Shown in pieces: positions 11,100 through 24,157 of a DNA stretch of 64,000 nucleotides. Numbering within the stretch: the first letter of the stretch is position 1; every line of letters starts with the position of its first letter. The DNA is from Priapulus caudatus. Its lineage: Eukaryota. The position numbers and the translations under genes are program-made. The stretch lies in assembly GCF_000485595.1 (NCBI RefSeq), contig NW_014577071.1, forward strand, positions 1,023,506-1,087,505, written 5' to 3'. The notes beneath the pieces were generated by a model that saw nothing but the letters and a program-made list of their open reading frames with translations, was not told where the DNA came from and searched no databases.

Positions 11100-12300
11100 C
11101 GTGTTAAGACCAATATTCTGCTAAGATGTGACAATGGTCGCTTCTTTGCCACGATGTCACCATGATCACTATGCTGGAATCGTGTCACATGGGTCTATTT
11201 TTTGCCACAATGTCACAGCGACAAATATGCGGCTAGAATGTTGCAGGACTACATCTTTTCTACTACTACGTGTAACTAAGATTCTGTGCACTTTCAACAG
11301 TCCACAGTTCCAGTTCTAATCACCTTCGAGATGTCACAATAGAGTTCAACATGCTAGTGTTTAAGATTTCACTAACAAGAAACAGTGTTCAAGACATCGT
11401 CAGTATGTTGCAGCGAAAAAAATACCGCCAATATGTTACAGTGAATAGGACACCGTTAACATGTCATATGGGTCAAGACTCTCAGTATGTCACAGTAATA
11501 AAGATTCTGTCAAAATGTCAATGTAAAAGACGGACCTAATATGTCACAGTGAATGGCTAACCGTCAACGTGCCTTAATTAGGGTTCAAGACTGTGCCAGT
11601 ATGACTCAGTCATTAAGATTCTGCCAAAATGCCAATGTTAAAGACGGATCCAATATGTCGCAGTGTCAACGAATCCGTCAATTTGTCACAGCGATAACAA
11701 TATATAACAATGTTTCATAGGGTTCAACACTCCAGTATGTCTCAATGATAAACATACCGACTATACATGCCACGGTATTATGGATTTCGCCATTATGTCA
11801 CAATGTCCAATCAACTATCGACATGTCACATGCCGCATGCCAACTTGACACAAGACTCAGCCAATGTGTCACAGTGACTAAGAGTTCTACATGTCAGAGT
11901 GTGCCCGATACGTTCATCCTTAACAATGTCAATGCGCCATAGATTACCATGCCCTTTGAGCTTGCCACGCTGTAATGAACACGTTTAATATGTTCATCAG
12001 ACAGATTACTCACGGTTTAGTGGTCAATTAACTTCGAATATGTTATGATATTATACGTATTACACGCAACATCGTTTATTATTCTATACCTTTCGTATAT
12101 GGCACAGCAATCAAGTGACCTTCGTCATGCCTCCGTGTTTGACAGTGTATTCTACACGGTTCTTAGGTGTCACAGTGAACCTTCGTGTGCACTTTAAACA
12201 GGGAACCGCGTCACCGACACCACTAATCACGTTACAGAAGCTTCGAGTCTTAATCACGAACAATCGTCTGTCAGAGCTTTGCGTGTCAAATTGCCATGAC
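11100..12300. repeat. Degenerate minisatellite with ATGTCACAGT core and ~112-bp higher-order unit
   Basis: Core recurs every ~25-30 bp; 11470-11580 and 11581-11690 align as two higher-order units (GGGT(T)CAAGACT...AAGATTCTG.CAAAATG.CAATG..AAAGACGGA). Confidence 0.7.
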
Positions 12301-12831
12301 AACCGGATCGTCTGTTGTCTATCAAATGTTCGCTCACGAAGAGCAGCTCTAATAATCGAAAGAAATTAATCGATAGCATCTTTTTCGACAGAAGATTCCG
12401 TATTAATCCCGCGAGCTATATTTACGGACGAGCTTTTAGCAAAGGTTGAGTAATTAATAGCTACCGCGCCTGCACCGAGACTCGTGTATCGAACGCCGCC
12501 CGTTGTGTTAGTCGATATGTTTGGTGAAGACAGCAAGAGTTCTATGTCACCATCGTGGTCGATGACGATTTCAAAGGCATGTATATACACACAATATATA
12601 CTATAGTATAATAGCCATACTATACAGATATATACTATACTATATATAGCCATACTATATAGTATATACATATATACTATAGTATAATAGCCATACTATA
12701 CATATATATACTATACTATTATAGCCATACTATATATTATATACATATATACCATACATAGGCTCCATGATGCGCGATGTTGTGTTATAATGCGTTTTCA
12801 TGCAACGCTAATATAACGTCATTGTATAGGG

Positions 12832-12984
12832 CCTTGGCATAACATTGGTTAACGTATTTTAAAAACGTTTGCAAAACGTTATAAAAAGCCGACACATTTA
12901 CGTTGAATAAACGTTATTAAATAACATTAATAAATTAATGTTATAATAACGTTATAATAACGTTTATTTAACTAGGTTTGCTGG
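12832..12984. mobile_element. Probable CACTA/EnSpm-type non-autonomous element remnant
   Basis: Ends in GTTTGCTGG (reverse complement CCAGCAAAC) with many subterminal AACGTT repeats, a layout I recall from animal EnSpm non-autonomous elements. Left end degraded. Confidence 0.4.
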
Positions 12985-13430
12985 CATGATGAGTGGCGAT
13001 GTGAGTGGAATTCCGCACGTGAGTTGGGGTAATGCGTCAGTAACTGCTCAGACTAAACACTTTAAGGCCGTCGACCGCTGAAATTTTTCGCTGAGAGCGC
13101 TGAAGCCGCCGGAGGCAGGCCATAATGAGCCGTCGTAATCACGGTATGCAATTAGCGGCGAGACGAATTCGACTTCAGTCTGACGTCGGTTCCTGCCAGA
13201 CTTTTTAATCGGATATTTTTCCCGCTCGTTTTTTCCCCGTCGTTCGATCGGTGCGAGTGGATTATTTCTTTTTGAAGGCAATATATCGGTTATTACAGCG
13301 TTATTACATTTACGTAGTGTTTTCTATCTGCAGCCACGTCTACCACGTCGCACCGGAATTGACCTTGTGTTTGTTTTACGGCGCGAAATTATCGTGGGAA
13401 AATTCCCCGTCAGCGTTTTGTTCACACTTA

Positions 13431-13461
<31 letters not shown>

Positions 13462-13719
13462 GCTATACGTTCTGTCGGTTATACTCCGCGTCCATTTCTA
13501 TTGCTTGTCCACATCACCCGCTATATTACACATATGGCCGTGAGGCTCTAACATCATCACTAGAGTGTATCACCTCACCGCATCAGCTGCTCATGCAATC
13601 ACATGCATCACCTAAGTAAATCACCGACGCTAATTATCTCATCTATATCACCCTTCCACGTCCTCCCTCACTCTCCCACCACCTCTCTATATTACCCTGC
13701 ATTGCCCCATCCCCCTCCT

Positions 13720-15404
13720 CCCCCTCTCCCCCCTCCTCCCCCTCCTTCACCTCCTTCATCTGCCGCCTACTCCAATATCACCCGCCAACCATCAACGCGC
13801 CTATAATGACGTCTCACATCACATCGTCTGTCTACAAACCTGCGGAGGGTCGGAAATTAGCACGGTGCTTCGGTAAGGCCGGGGCTTCGCGTTCGCTACG
13901 TCATTACGCGACGCCCGGACATCGTCATCCTATAATTACAAATCGCCTTTTGAAAAGCTACGTCCGCGACCGTTGCGGAATGTCTGCCGAGCGGTGTCCT
14001 TAAGCCCGGCGCACGAGCGTGAGTAAACATTATCTCACAGGCATAATTGGTTAATGGAGATCCACGTGACTGTGCGCAGCCAATAACTGGGCGTCACAAG
14101 TAATTTAGGAAAACGCATGCGCTGTGAGGACGTACGCATGTGAGTAAATTTACGGCAGCTAGCGCGACACACGGCATCTTGACTATTTTGAACCGCATGA
14201 GTCAAAATTATCAAACGATAGTTTGATATTGAGTTTCTTGATGGCAATGGCGTCAGAAAACTCAAGCGATAATCCCGTTGTACGGTGCACACACACACTC
14301 ATTGTCACGCACTGGTAGCGTGGCACCACACCTCATGCACGCGGCGTGTTAGCGTTGGCACACGCACGCACTGCACGCCATGCACGCACGTGTACGTGCA
14401 CACGCAGCACGCACGCACGCACGCACGGTGTACGTGCACACTGCACTGCACGCACCGTCACTGCACACACGCACTCTACGTGGAACAGTGCAGGCGCACG
14501 CACGCACGCACTTTAGCGTGCACACACACGGCACGTACACTCGCAAGCCACACATGCAGCACAGACTGTACTGCAGTACCACACACGCACGACAGCACCA
14601 CGCACGCACGAACGTGTACCCTGGCCCACGCGCGTACACAAGCCGCAGACGCACGCGTACGTGCAGCACACACGGACGCAGCGCGCGCAGCAGCGCACGT
14701 GAATTTCACAACCACGCAGCGCACATGTACTACACACGCACGCCACGNNNNNNNNNNNNNNNNNNNNNNNNNNNNNNNNNNNNNNNNNNNNNNNNNNNNN
14801 NNNNNNNNNNNNNNNNNNNNNNNNNNNNNNNNNNNNNNNNNNNNNNNNNNNNNNNNNNNNNNNNNNNNNNNNNNNNNNNNNNNNNNNNNNNNNNNNNNNN
14901 NNNNNNNNNNNNNNNNNNNNNNNNNNNNNNNNNNNNNNNNNNNNNNNNNNNNNNNNNNNNNNNNNNNNNNNNNNNNNNNNNNNNNNNNNNNNNNNNNNNN
15001 NNNNNNNNNNNNNNNNNNNNNNNNNNNNNNNNNNNNNNNNNNNNNNNNNNNNNNNNNNNNNNNNNNNNNNNNNNNNNNNNNNNNNNNNNNNNNNNNNNNN
15101 NNNNNNNNNNNNNNNNNNNNNNNNNNNNNNNNNNNNNNNNNNNNNNNNNNNNNNNNNNNNNNNNNNGAATTATACACTCACATCGCTACCTGACATTTCT
15201 AACATTATGGAAAATAAATTTTAAACGTACAATAGAATTGCTTTTAGAAAGCAGGAAACCGCCACGACTTTAAAATGTTATACATTTGAGTGAATACTAT
15301 AATATTTCTGTGGAACACGGACAGAATTCGGTATGCTTTATAATGGAAATGGGCGTTTGCGTCTACTAAAGTGCCGCGACAAAACTAATATATATATACA
15401 TATA

Positions 15405-15438
<34 letters not shown>

Positions 15439-18400
15439 TAAGAGTACATAATAGACATCTCTATTATGTACTCTTGATATATATATATAACATGTACATA
15501 TACATAGAAAGTATTTATTGCGACCAATGAAAGTTATAACGCAATAAATGAATATCCAACAAGTTTGACTGGTGAGAAGCACAAGGTACTTGAAGCCATG
15601 TGTTTGACCGCGTACATAGACACCACTCATCTAATAAATATACGCAGCGTATAAGATGAACCAATCGTGATATGATCTTTGGAGTGCAAAGATGGTCGCT
15701 CTGGCCAATCTGTGAAATATAAAGCGCCCCAGGAAATCATCCTCTGAATAGCAATATAGACTTGCCTGTCAGAATTTCGGCTCTGGTGAGTGACATGATC
15801 AAGAATTCAATGTACGAAATTATCCCAGATAAATATTTAGACCGCCAACCGCCAAACGCAATAGCAAGCGCCAGAAAACAGCAATAGCGAGTGTGTCGGC
15901 ATTGAGTGTATATATGTACGTGTATGTGTTCATGTCAGCGTCTGGTGTATGTGTTTGCGTGTGTGCGTGCGGCGGCGCGTACGTACATGTATGTAAGTAG
16001 CGGTACTGCGGTACGTGCGTGAATGTATGTGTACGTGCGTGCTAATGTGTAGTACTGTAGCGTGGCAGAATGTAGTGTAATGTATGTCACTGTCGTGAAC
16101 GTCGCGCATGCGTTTGTATCCCGTGTGGATGTAGGCATGAATTGCATATTCTTACATTGTTTTTCTGCGTATTGTAACTCGACCTCTCATTGGACCATCG
16201 TTTCTGAAGCATCAACGTTGCTCGGGATCATCTACGAAGATTACGATCCAATCAAACCCTATTTCGTTCGTCCGATGTCTCGTTTTACGCTGATTGCCTG
16301 ATAAGGTCACACACGTAGCCACGATAACCGGAGTCGTTAAGAAGCGGGTATAGAGATAGAAAACATGCGTAATACTTACAGCAACGGCATGTAGGAAATC
16401 GGGTTAGTCCAACAACCCCCTTAAGCTTCTCTCTCGATGCAACAGCTGTGTGGTCATGCGTAGATTCTCACTCACTGTCGACTTCGATTCTTCTACTCTG
16501 AGGAAACACACACTCTCCGGTGTACAAGCAAATAGTTCGCGGGTTTGCGAAAGGCAAACACGACGACATACGGCGATTTACGCGCGTATAAAGGCGGTCT
16601 GGCCCTTGTATAGACGGCTACGTGCCAAGAAAGCTAACGCACGATACACAACATCGAGACCTGTGAAATAATAGAAACGTTAAGAGAAATGAACTTGTAC
16701 CCTTACGTCGATGATAGAAAATAGACGATTCGAAACATTCGACACTGTAATGGAAGTTCTGACATCTTAATGCCCGAATCTTGTCCTGCCCGTGTTGAAC
16801 GTTTCGCTATATCAATAGTAGGCCTACTCTTTTTTAAACGAAACTGCGGTCCGATGGCGATCTGCGCGCAGTTGCGGCTTAGTGATTATCATTTCTTTAA
16901 TTGATTATAATGATGGAGCCTAATTTTTAGTAAGAGGCCTACTTGTCGGCAATGGAAAAAAATTGCCAAACACTGGTAGCGCGAACGTGTCGCACGCTGA
17001 TCTCTATCGCTGTTCAGAAGTATAATGAGCTTTGAAATGTACTAATATGCAGATGAGTATGCAGATCGCGATGTTTTTTTCACGTGATTCGCAGGAAAAA
17101 AACGAGAATTAATTTATCCACGCCAAACGAATGGGCAGATTTCGAGGTCTCATTCCTGATAGATGCCGTGAATGCGAATGCTCTGATGTCATTTATGATA
17201 CTGACGTCACGACTGGGGTTACTACTGTACAGATTTGCAGAGATCGGCTAACCAGTGTCGATAGACACGCAAGACAGTCAGGCCACTGCTACAAAGTCTA
17301 GTCTTTAGTCCGACGTCTGGTCGAGTGGATGTAGCATGGTCAGTTCCATTACCTATTAACGCGGACAGATGGCGTAATGTTACTGAGTACTTAGGATCCG
17401 GGATTATTCCTGGATGAGCGGGGAACGTGTGTGACGTTAAACTTCAGTGTACCAGATTACACGACAATACGCTATTTCCCAGTTTTCTAGTCAAAATAAA
17501 TCGAAATTCGCAGTAGATGTGTTTAATTCTCTGTTTTTATTAGCGATTTATCTGGTATTTTTCGGTTCCTAATAATTAAAATGGACTAAATACCGCATAC
17601 TGAAATAGCCGTTATCATTTGCTGGATAGCCAGCGGGTTAAATTGTAGTGGATCGTAGATCATCTTAGTAATACCTACAGCAACATTCAGTAATGTATTC
17701 AATTCTTCATTCTCCTCATCACACACTCTTAATAGTTTCTTTATTCGGTAATAACTGCCTAGACGTATATTTAATGAATTCGCTCATTCATTTCAGTATA
17801 ATAAATGCATCCGATCCGATCCGAAAAGCATTTATCATTCTAATATTTAGTAGTTGTTATATCGCCTTCAGAGAATCAGGCATTCATCCGTACGTAACCT
17901 TTGCCAACTAAGATTACGCGAATTCTTACACACATGAGTGGATTTCGCATGCTTGAATTATGTACAGCAGTCTTTACTCTATGCATATTATTCATGCTAA
18001 TGGAACTGGACGGAAGTCGCCGTTATTAGACGCGCTAGTAAACTAACAAAACGATTATACGACGTAATTATATACAATGGCCGCGAACCACTGCAATGCT
18101 GGCAGTCGCCTGCAATTTGAGGCATCCTCGGGTAGTATCGCATTGATTTCGATTGATGCTAGACGATAAAAAATCTACAGATTTTCAGGCATATATGTTT
18201 TATCTTAGTCATGCGCATTATCAAAGTCTCCAACGACGATTTATCGACGATCGATAACCGTAGAATTTTTTTTGCTAAAAACGATATATACTAACTTCTA
18301 GCAATATCGGTATTGCGGCATCCATCAAATCTTTATATCGGTTTGTTGTGTTTTTTACGATAAGAAATGTTCATATTGTATTCTTACCGGAATAGCTGAC

Positions 18401-20360
18401 CTAGCGAAGTGAATTTTTTTAATTGCAAATATATAGGTAGTTATTTTTCGTTAAATGTTAAAATAACAGGATATAGGTATATATATCGAGTTGTTTGGTT
18501 ATACCTATGTTGGTCCATGTGTAAAGCACGCGTGTGTCGTCGTTACACTGCTCGCTCGTCACTATACACACACATGCGGTGAGGATGTGTGTTATAACTG
18601 CAACTGTCATGGCGTTTTGGCTTACGTTTTATCAGATGTCGAACATATCCGGCAATATATTAATGCGATACGTTCCTGACATACTTTCCTTTCATACCTC
18701 GCCGATACTACACTTGTTTTACAACGCACCTCAAATATTCCATAGTGATCGATATACTGCAAAAGTTTCGCAGTAATCAATATGTGCCAACACTTTGCGC
18801 GTGCTTTAGAAATCTCTATCGTGTTAAGACCAATATTCTGCTAAGATGTGACAATGGTCGCTTCTTTGGCACGATGTCACCATGGATCACTATGCTGGAA
18901 TCGTGTCACATGCGGTCTATTTTTGTGCCACAATGTCACAGCGACAAATATTTGCGGCTAGAATGTTGCAGGACTAATCTTTTCTACTACTACGTGTAAC
19001 TAAGATTCTGTGCACTGTTCAACAGTCCACAAGTTCCAGTTCCAATCACCTTTCGAGATGTCACAATAGAGTTCAACATGCTAGTGTTTAAGATTTCACT
19101 AACAAGAAACAGTGTTCAAGACATCGTTAGTATGTTGCAGCGAAAAAGATACCGCCAATATGGTTACAGTGATAGGAACCAGCTTAACATGTCATATAGG
19201 CGTCAAGACTCGGTCAGTATGTCACAGTAATAAAGATTCTGTCAAAATGTCAATGTAAAAGACGGACCTAATATGTCACACAGTGAATGGCTAACCGTCA
19301 ACGTGCTTATTAGGGTTCAAGACTGTGCCAGTATGACTCAGTCATTAAGATTCTGCGCAAAATGCCAAGTTTAAAGACGGATCCAATATGTTAGGACGCC
19401 CCAGTGTCAACGAATCCGTCAATTTGTCACAGTCCGATAACAATATATAAACATGTTTCATAGGGTTCAACACTCCAGTATGGCTCAATGATAAACATAC
19501 CGAACTATACATGCCACGGTATTATGGATTTCGCCATTATGTCACAATGTCCAATCCACTATTCGACATGTCAATTGCCGCATGCCAACTTGACACAAGA
19601 CTCAGCCAATGTGTCACAGTGACTAAGAGTTCTATCATGTCAGAGTGTGGCCCGATTACGTTCATCCTTAACAATATCAATGCGCCATAGATTACCATGC
19701 CCTTTGAGCTTGCCACGCTGTAATGAACACGTTTAATATGTTCATCAGACAGATTACTCACGGTTTTGGTGGTCAATTAACTTCGAATATGTTATGATTT
19801 ATACGTAGTACCGCAACATGCGTTTATTATTCTATACCTTTCGTGATTATGGCACAGCAATCAAGGGACCTTCGTCATGCCTCCGTGTTTGACAGTGTAC
19901 TCTACACCCGGTTCTTAGGTGTCACAGTGAAACCTTCGTGTGCACTTTAAACAGAGAAGGCGCGTCACCGACACCACTAATCACGTTACAGAAGCTTCGA
20001 GTCTTAATCACGAACAATCGTCTGTCAGAGCTTTGCGCTGTGCAAATTGCCATGGAAGACCGGATCGTCTGCTGTCCGCTCAAATGTTCGCTCACGGAGA
20101 GCAGCTCGAATAATCGAAAAGAAATTAATCGATAGCATCTTTTTCGTCAGAAGATTCCGTATTAATTTCCGCGAGCTATATTTACGGTACGAGCTTTTAG
20201 CCAAAGGTTGAGTAATTAATTAGCTACCGCCTGCATCCGAGACTCGTGTATCGAACGCCGCCCCGTTGTGTGTAGTTCGATATGTTTGGTGAAGACAGCA
20301 GAGGTTCTATGTCACCATCGCTTGGTCGATGACGATTTTCAAAGGCATGTATATACACAC
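13720..20360 (+). repeat. Direct copy of 5963-12595 (probable false duplication)
   Basis: 13720-14270 matches 5963-6460 and 15170-20360 matches 7463-12595; differences are mostly single-base indels. The GPCR exon position falls in noisy sequence or the gap at 14748-15166. Confidence 0.9.
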
Positions 20361-20624
20361 ACACACACATATATATACTATATATTCATATATATATATA
20401 TATATAATAATATACATGTAATTATTATATAATCTTATATACTGCTTGTTGGAATGCCGTGTGCTTATTCGGTGTCGCATCCATAGACGCTGGCGTAGAG
20501 TAAACTAACTGTCCAAGACACACTGGAGAAAACATCGGCATCCCTCTCGTGCGCCTACATGTGCTGTCACTGGCGGTGAGTTCGTATAGCAGCTAGAAGC
20601 GAGTGTGTGTATATGCTCTCATCG

Positions 20625-20625
<1 letters not shown>

Positions 20626-20689
<64 letters not shown>

Positions 20690-20769
20690 AGTCTCTGTGT
20701 CTTCTCTCTCTTTCTCTCTCTCTCTCTCTCTGGGTCTCTCTCTCTGCTTTGTTCTGTCGTGTGGGTGTG

Positions 20770-20804
<35 letters not shown>

Positions 20805-20923
20805 TCTTGTCTCTCTCTGTCTCTGTCGCTGTCTCTCTCTCTCTTCTCTCTCTCTCTCTCTCTCTCACTCTCTCTCTCTCTCTCTCTCTTTCTCTGCTCG
20901 CTCTGCTCGCTCTCTCGCTCTCT

Positions 20924-20960
<37 letters not shown>

Positions 20961-21014
20961 CTCACTTCACTCTCTCTCTTCTCTCTCTTCTCCTCTCTCG
21001 CTCCTCGCCTCTCG

Positions 21015-21046
<32 letters not shown>

Positions 21047-21072
21047 TCTGCTCTCTCTGCTTGTTTTCTCTC

Positions 21073-21136
<64 letters not shown>

Positions 21137-21139
21137 CTC

Positions 21140-21223
<84 letters not shown>

Positions 21224-21253
21224 CCTCTCTCGCCCTCTCTCTCCCTCTCTCTA
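20626..21253. repeat. Degenerate (CT)n/(GT)n microsatellite block
   Basis: Direct reading. Confidence 0.9.
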
Positions 21254-21499
21254 TCGCAAATGCTAATTTATATTCCCATCGTCGCGGGTTATCTTGACTC
21301 ACAGACGTTGTTCGTATAAACGAGCTAATACGCCGCCATGCTTTCATCCGAGATATTAGAAAAAGCAGCAGAGGCGAATCGAATCCGACCTTATGACGAT
21401 TAAATATATTCCGCGTTTAGGAGAACCAGGAGTGTATAATGATAATATAGAAACTCTTGGCAAAACAATTGGGCACTGGCGAAGTTTGCAAGATAACGA

Positions 21500-21705
21500 T
21501 ACATTCCGCGTGAAGGAAAACTACTGGCGAAGTTTGGATGACGTTTCCTTTTTGCGTAGATAAATATAGTAAATTGTGTATCGTACAAACGCATTATATG
21601 GCGTATATGATATATTCCGCGTGAAGGAAACTGGCGAAGTTTGGAACACGTTTCGCTTTTCTCCTGTAGATAAATATTTGTAAATCGCGTATCATGCAAA
21701 CGCGT
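21500..21705. repeat. Diverged tandem duplication, ~112-bp unit
   Basis: TTCCGCGTGAAGGAAA..CTGGCGAAGTTTGGA..GTAGATAAATAT..AAACGC occurs near 21504 and 21615. Confidence 0.7.
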
Positions 21706-21907
21706 CGTATATGATCGTATCAGGACTGTATAATATAGAATAATCATAATAATAATCTATATTATACAAACCTGATAGTATATCTAGCGGAATTAACGTA
21801 GCGGGTTATCTCACGATGTTTCGTTGAACGTCGATCATCAGAATCTGTTATCTGTCGAGACGGACAGACACGATGCGATCGCTCTCTGCCGCACGCATCC
21901 GTGGCTC

Positions 21908-22120
21908 GGCAGCAGCATCCGCTGCAGCAGTGGTAGCAGCAGCAACAACAACAACAACAACAACAACAACAGCAGCAGCAGCAGTATAGTAGTAGTAGTC
22001 GCAACAGCAGCAGCAGTAGTAGTAGCAGTAACAGCAGCAGCAGTAGTAGTAGCAGTAGAAGTACTAGTAGCAGTAGTATTAACAGTAGTAGTCGTAGCCG
22101 CAGTTGCAGTAACAGCAGCA
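21908..22120. repeat. Compound (CAG/CAA/TAG)n trinucleotide microsatellite
   Basis: Direct reading. Confidence 0.9.
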
Positions 22121-22860
22121 GAATCACTCTAAAAAAACTTCCAGGCTACTAGCATCACATAGCGGCGATCCAGCTCCGGACTTCATCACACTGATGAATG
22201 CGACTCGCAATCTTCGCTTCCTTCGCTCATTCGAAACACTTCGGCAGTCCGCTGCGTCGCGATTCCAGATGAGACGCCAAATGAAAGTACCAAATACCGT
22301 GGCTTCGTTCGGACGCTATCCCGCGCATGCGCGCCGCCGCAGTCACGTGTACGTATGCTCTTTCCGCTATGCTTGCGTGCGTGCGAGGAGCGGCGGGGAT
22401 TAATATACACCCGAGTGAGCGCGATTGCGCTCCGCAGTTGCAATTTAACGCTAAATGCGCGTCCTGGCCCTACATTATCAGATGTCGCTCGCGACTTCGT
22501 CCGGAGGAAACAGGAGCATCCCTGCAGCAAAATTCTATTCGCGGGTGGAAAGTGTTTCTTTGTTATACCCAACGAAGCGTCTACCGACCCAATATGTGCC
22601 AAATACCAATAAAGAAAAGAGTAGTGGATGTAGCCATCCATCGAGTCGTTGTCAGTGCAAATAATGGTACCCGACGCCGGAAAACTTTGATTGGAAAAGC
22701 TGCCGATTTGTACTCCACTTTTTTTTCGTTCAATTTGCGCGATTTTTTCGGCCAATCAACTCGACAGGCCTTCATATCTGCAATTGTGTTACTAATGAAA
22801 GGAAATTCGCCACTTTAAAAGCGCATTGTGTATAGAAAGCCTCGAGCTAATGCATATAAG

Positions 22861-22892
<32 letters not shown>

Positions 22893-23309
22893 ATATACAT
22901 ATACACACATATATATATATATATATATATCACGATAGTGTATTATGTACCTTGAGGATTCGTAGAAATTGCTATTTGTCACATACATTGAAGTCTCGCA
23001 CTCAGATCTCACACAGTCTCTTGATGTGGCATTTACACGTCCAATGATCTTATTTTAATATGGCGGTATGCCATTCACATAAACTAATCCGCGCTCGTTA
23101 TAGCGATTATACTCAAAAAAACCGCAACCGTCAGGTGTGGTTGTTTCTGCCTAATTGCCAATTAGTTTCGACGTGCTTTTATTTCGAATAATAAACGGTT
23201 TAATCTTTGTTGCTAGTCGACGCAGTAGACTAAACGGTATATCGTATAGCAACTGATAGCACATAGCACATGATCGTTCACTGAGATTAATGCACGTGGG
23301 CGGATTGAA

Positions 23310-24021
23310 AGGATGGATGGATGGATGGATGGATGGATGGATTGATGGATGGATGGATGGATGGATGGACGGATAGATGNNNNNNNNNNNNNNNNNNNNN
23401 NNNNNNNNNNNNNNNNNNNNNNNNNNNNNNNNNNNNNNNNNNNNNNNNNNNNNNNNNNNNNNNNNNNNNNNNNNNNNNNNNNNNNNNNNNNNNNNNNNNN
23501 NNNNNNNNNNNNNNNNNNNNNNNNNNNNNNNNNNNNNNNNNNNNNNNNNNNNNNNNNNNNNNNNNNNNNNNNNNNNNNNNNNNNNNNNNNNNNNNNNNNN
23601 NNNNNNNNNNNNNNNNNNNNNNNNNNNNNNNNNNNNNNNNNNNNNNNNNNNNNNNNNNNNNNNNNNNNNNNNNNNNNNNNNNNNNNNNNNNNNNNNNNNN
23701 NNNNNNNNNNNNNNNNNNNNNNNNNNNNNNNNNNNNNNNNNNNNNNNNNNNNNNNNNNNNNNNNNNNNNNNNNNNNNNNNNNNNNNNNNNNNNNNNNNNN
23801 NNNNNNNNNNNNNNNNNNNNNNNNNNNNNNNNNNNNNNNNNNNNNNNNNNNNNNNNNNNNNNNNNNNNNNNNNNNNNNNNNNNNNNNNNNNNNNNNNNNN
23901 NNNNNNNNNNNNNNNNNNNNNNNNNNNNNNNNNNNNNNNNNNNNNNNNNNNNNNNNNNNNNNNNNNNNNNNNNNNNNNNNNNNNNNNNNNNNNNNNNNNN
24001 NNNNNNNNNNNNNNNNNNNNN

Positions 24022-24111
<90 letters not shown>

Positions 24112-24116
24112 TGATT

Positions 24117-24156
<40 letters not shown>
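23310..24156. repeat. (GGAT)n and (GATA)n microsatellites flanking an assembly gap
   Basis: Direct reading; N run 23380-24021. Confidence 0.9.

Positions 24157-24157
<1 letters not shown>

Noticed and set aside
14285..15273. Long His/Thr/Arg ORFs, and other ORFs spanning N runs (23151-24193, 46137-47177, 49557-50187)
   Set aside because: Produced by microsatellites plus assembly gaps.
13720..20360. A second paralogous GPCR locus
   Set aside because: Indel-dominated differences and a gap at the exon position indicate an assembly artefact; no second exon is present.
22186..22818. Overlapping 160-190 aa ORFs on both strands
   Set aside because: No recognisable domain or splice structure; CpG-rich DNA with NRF1-like and E-box motifs is too weak to call.
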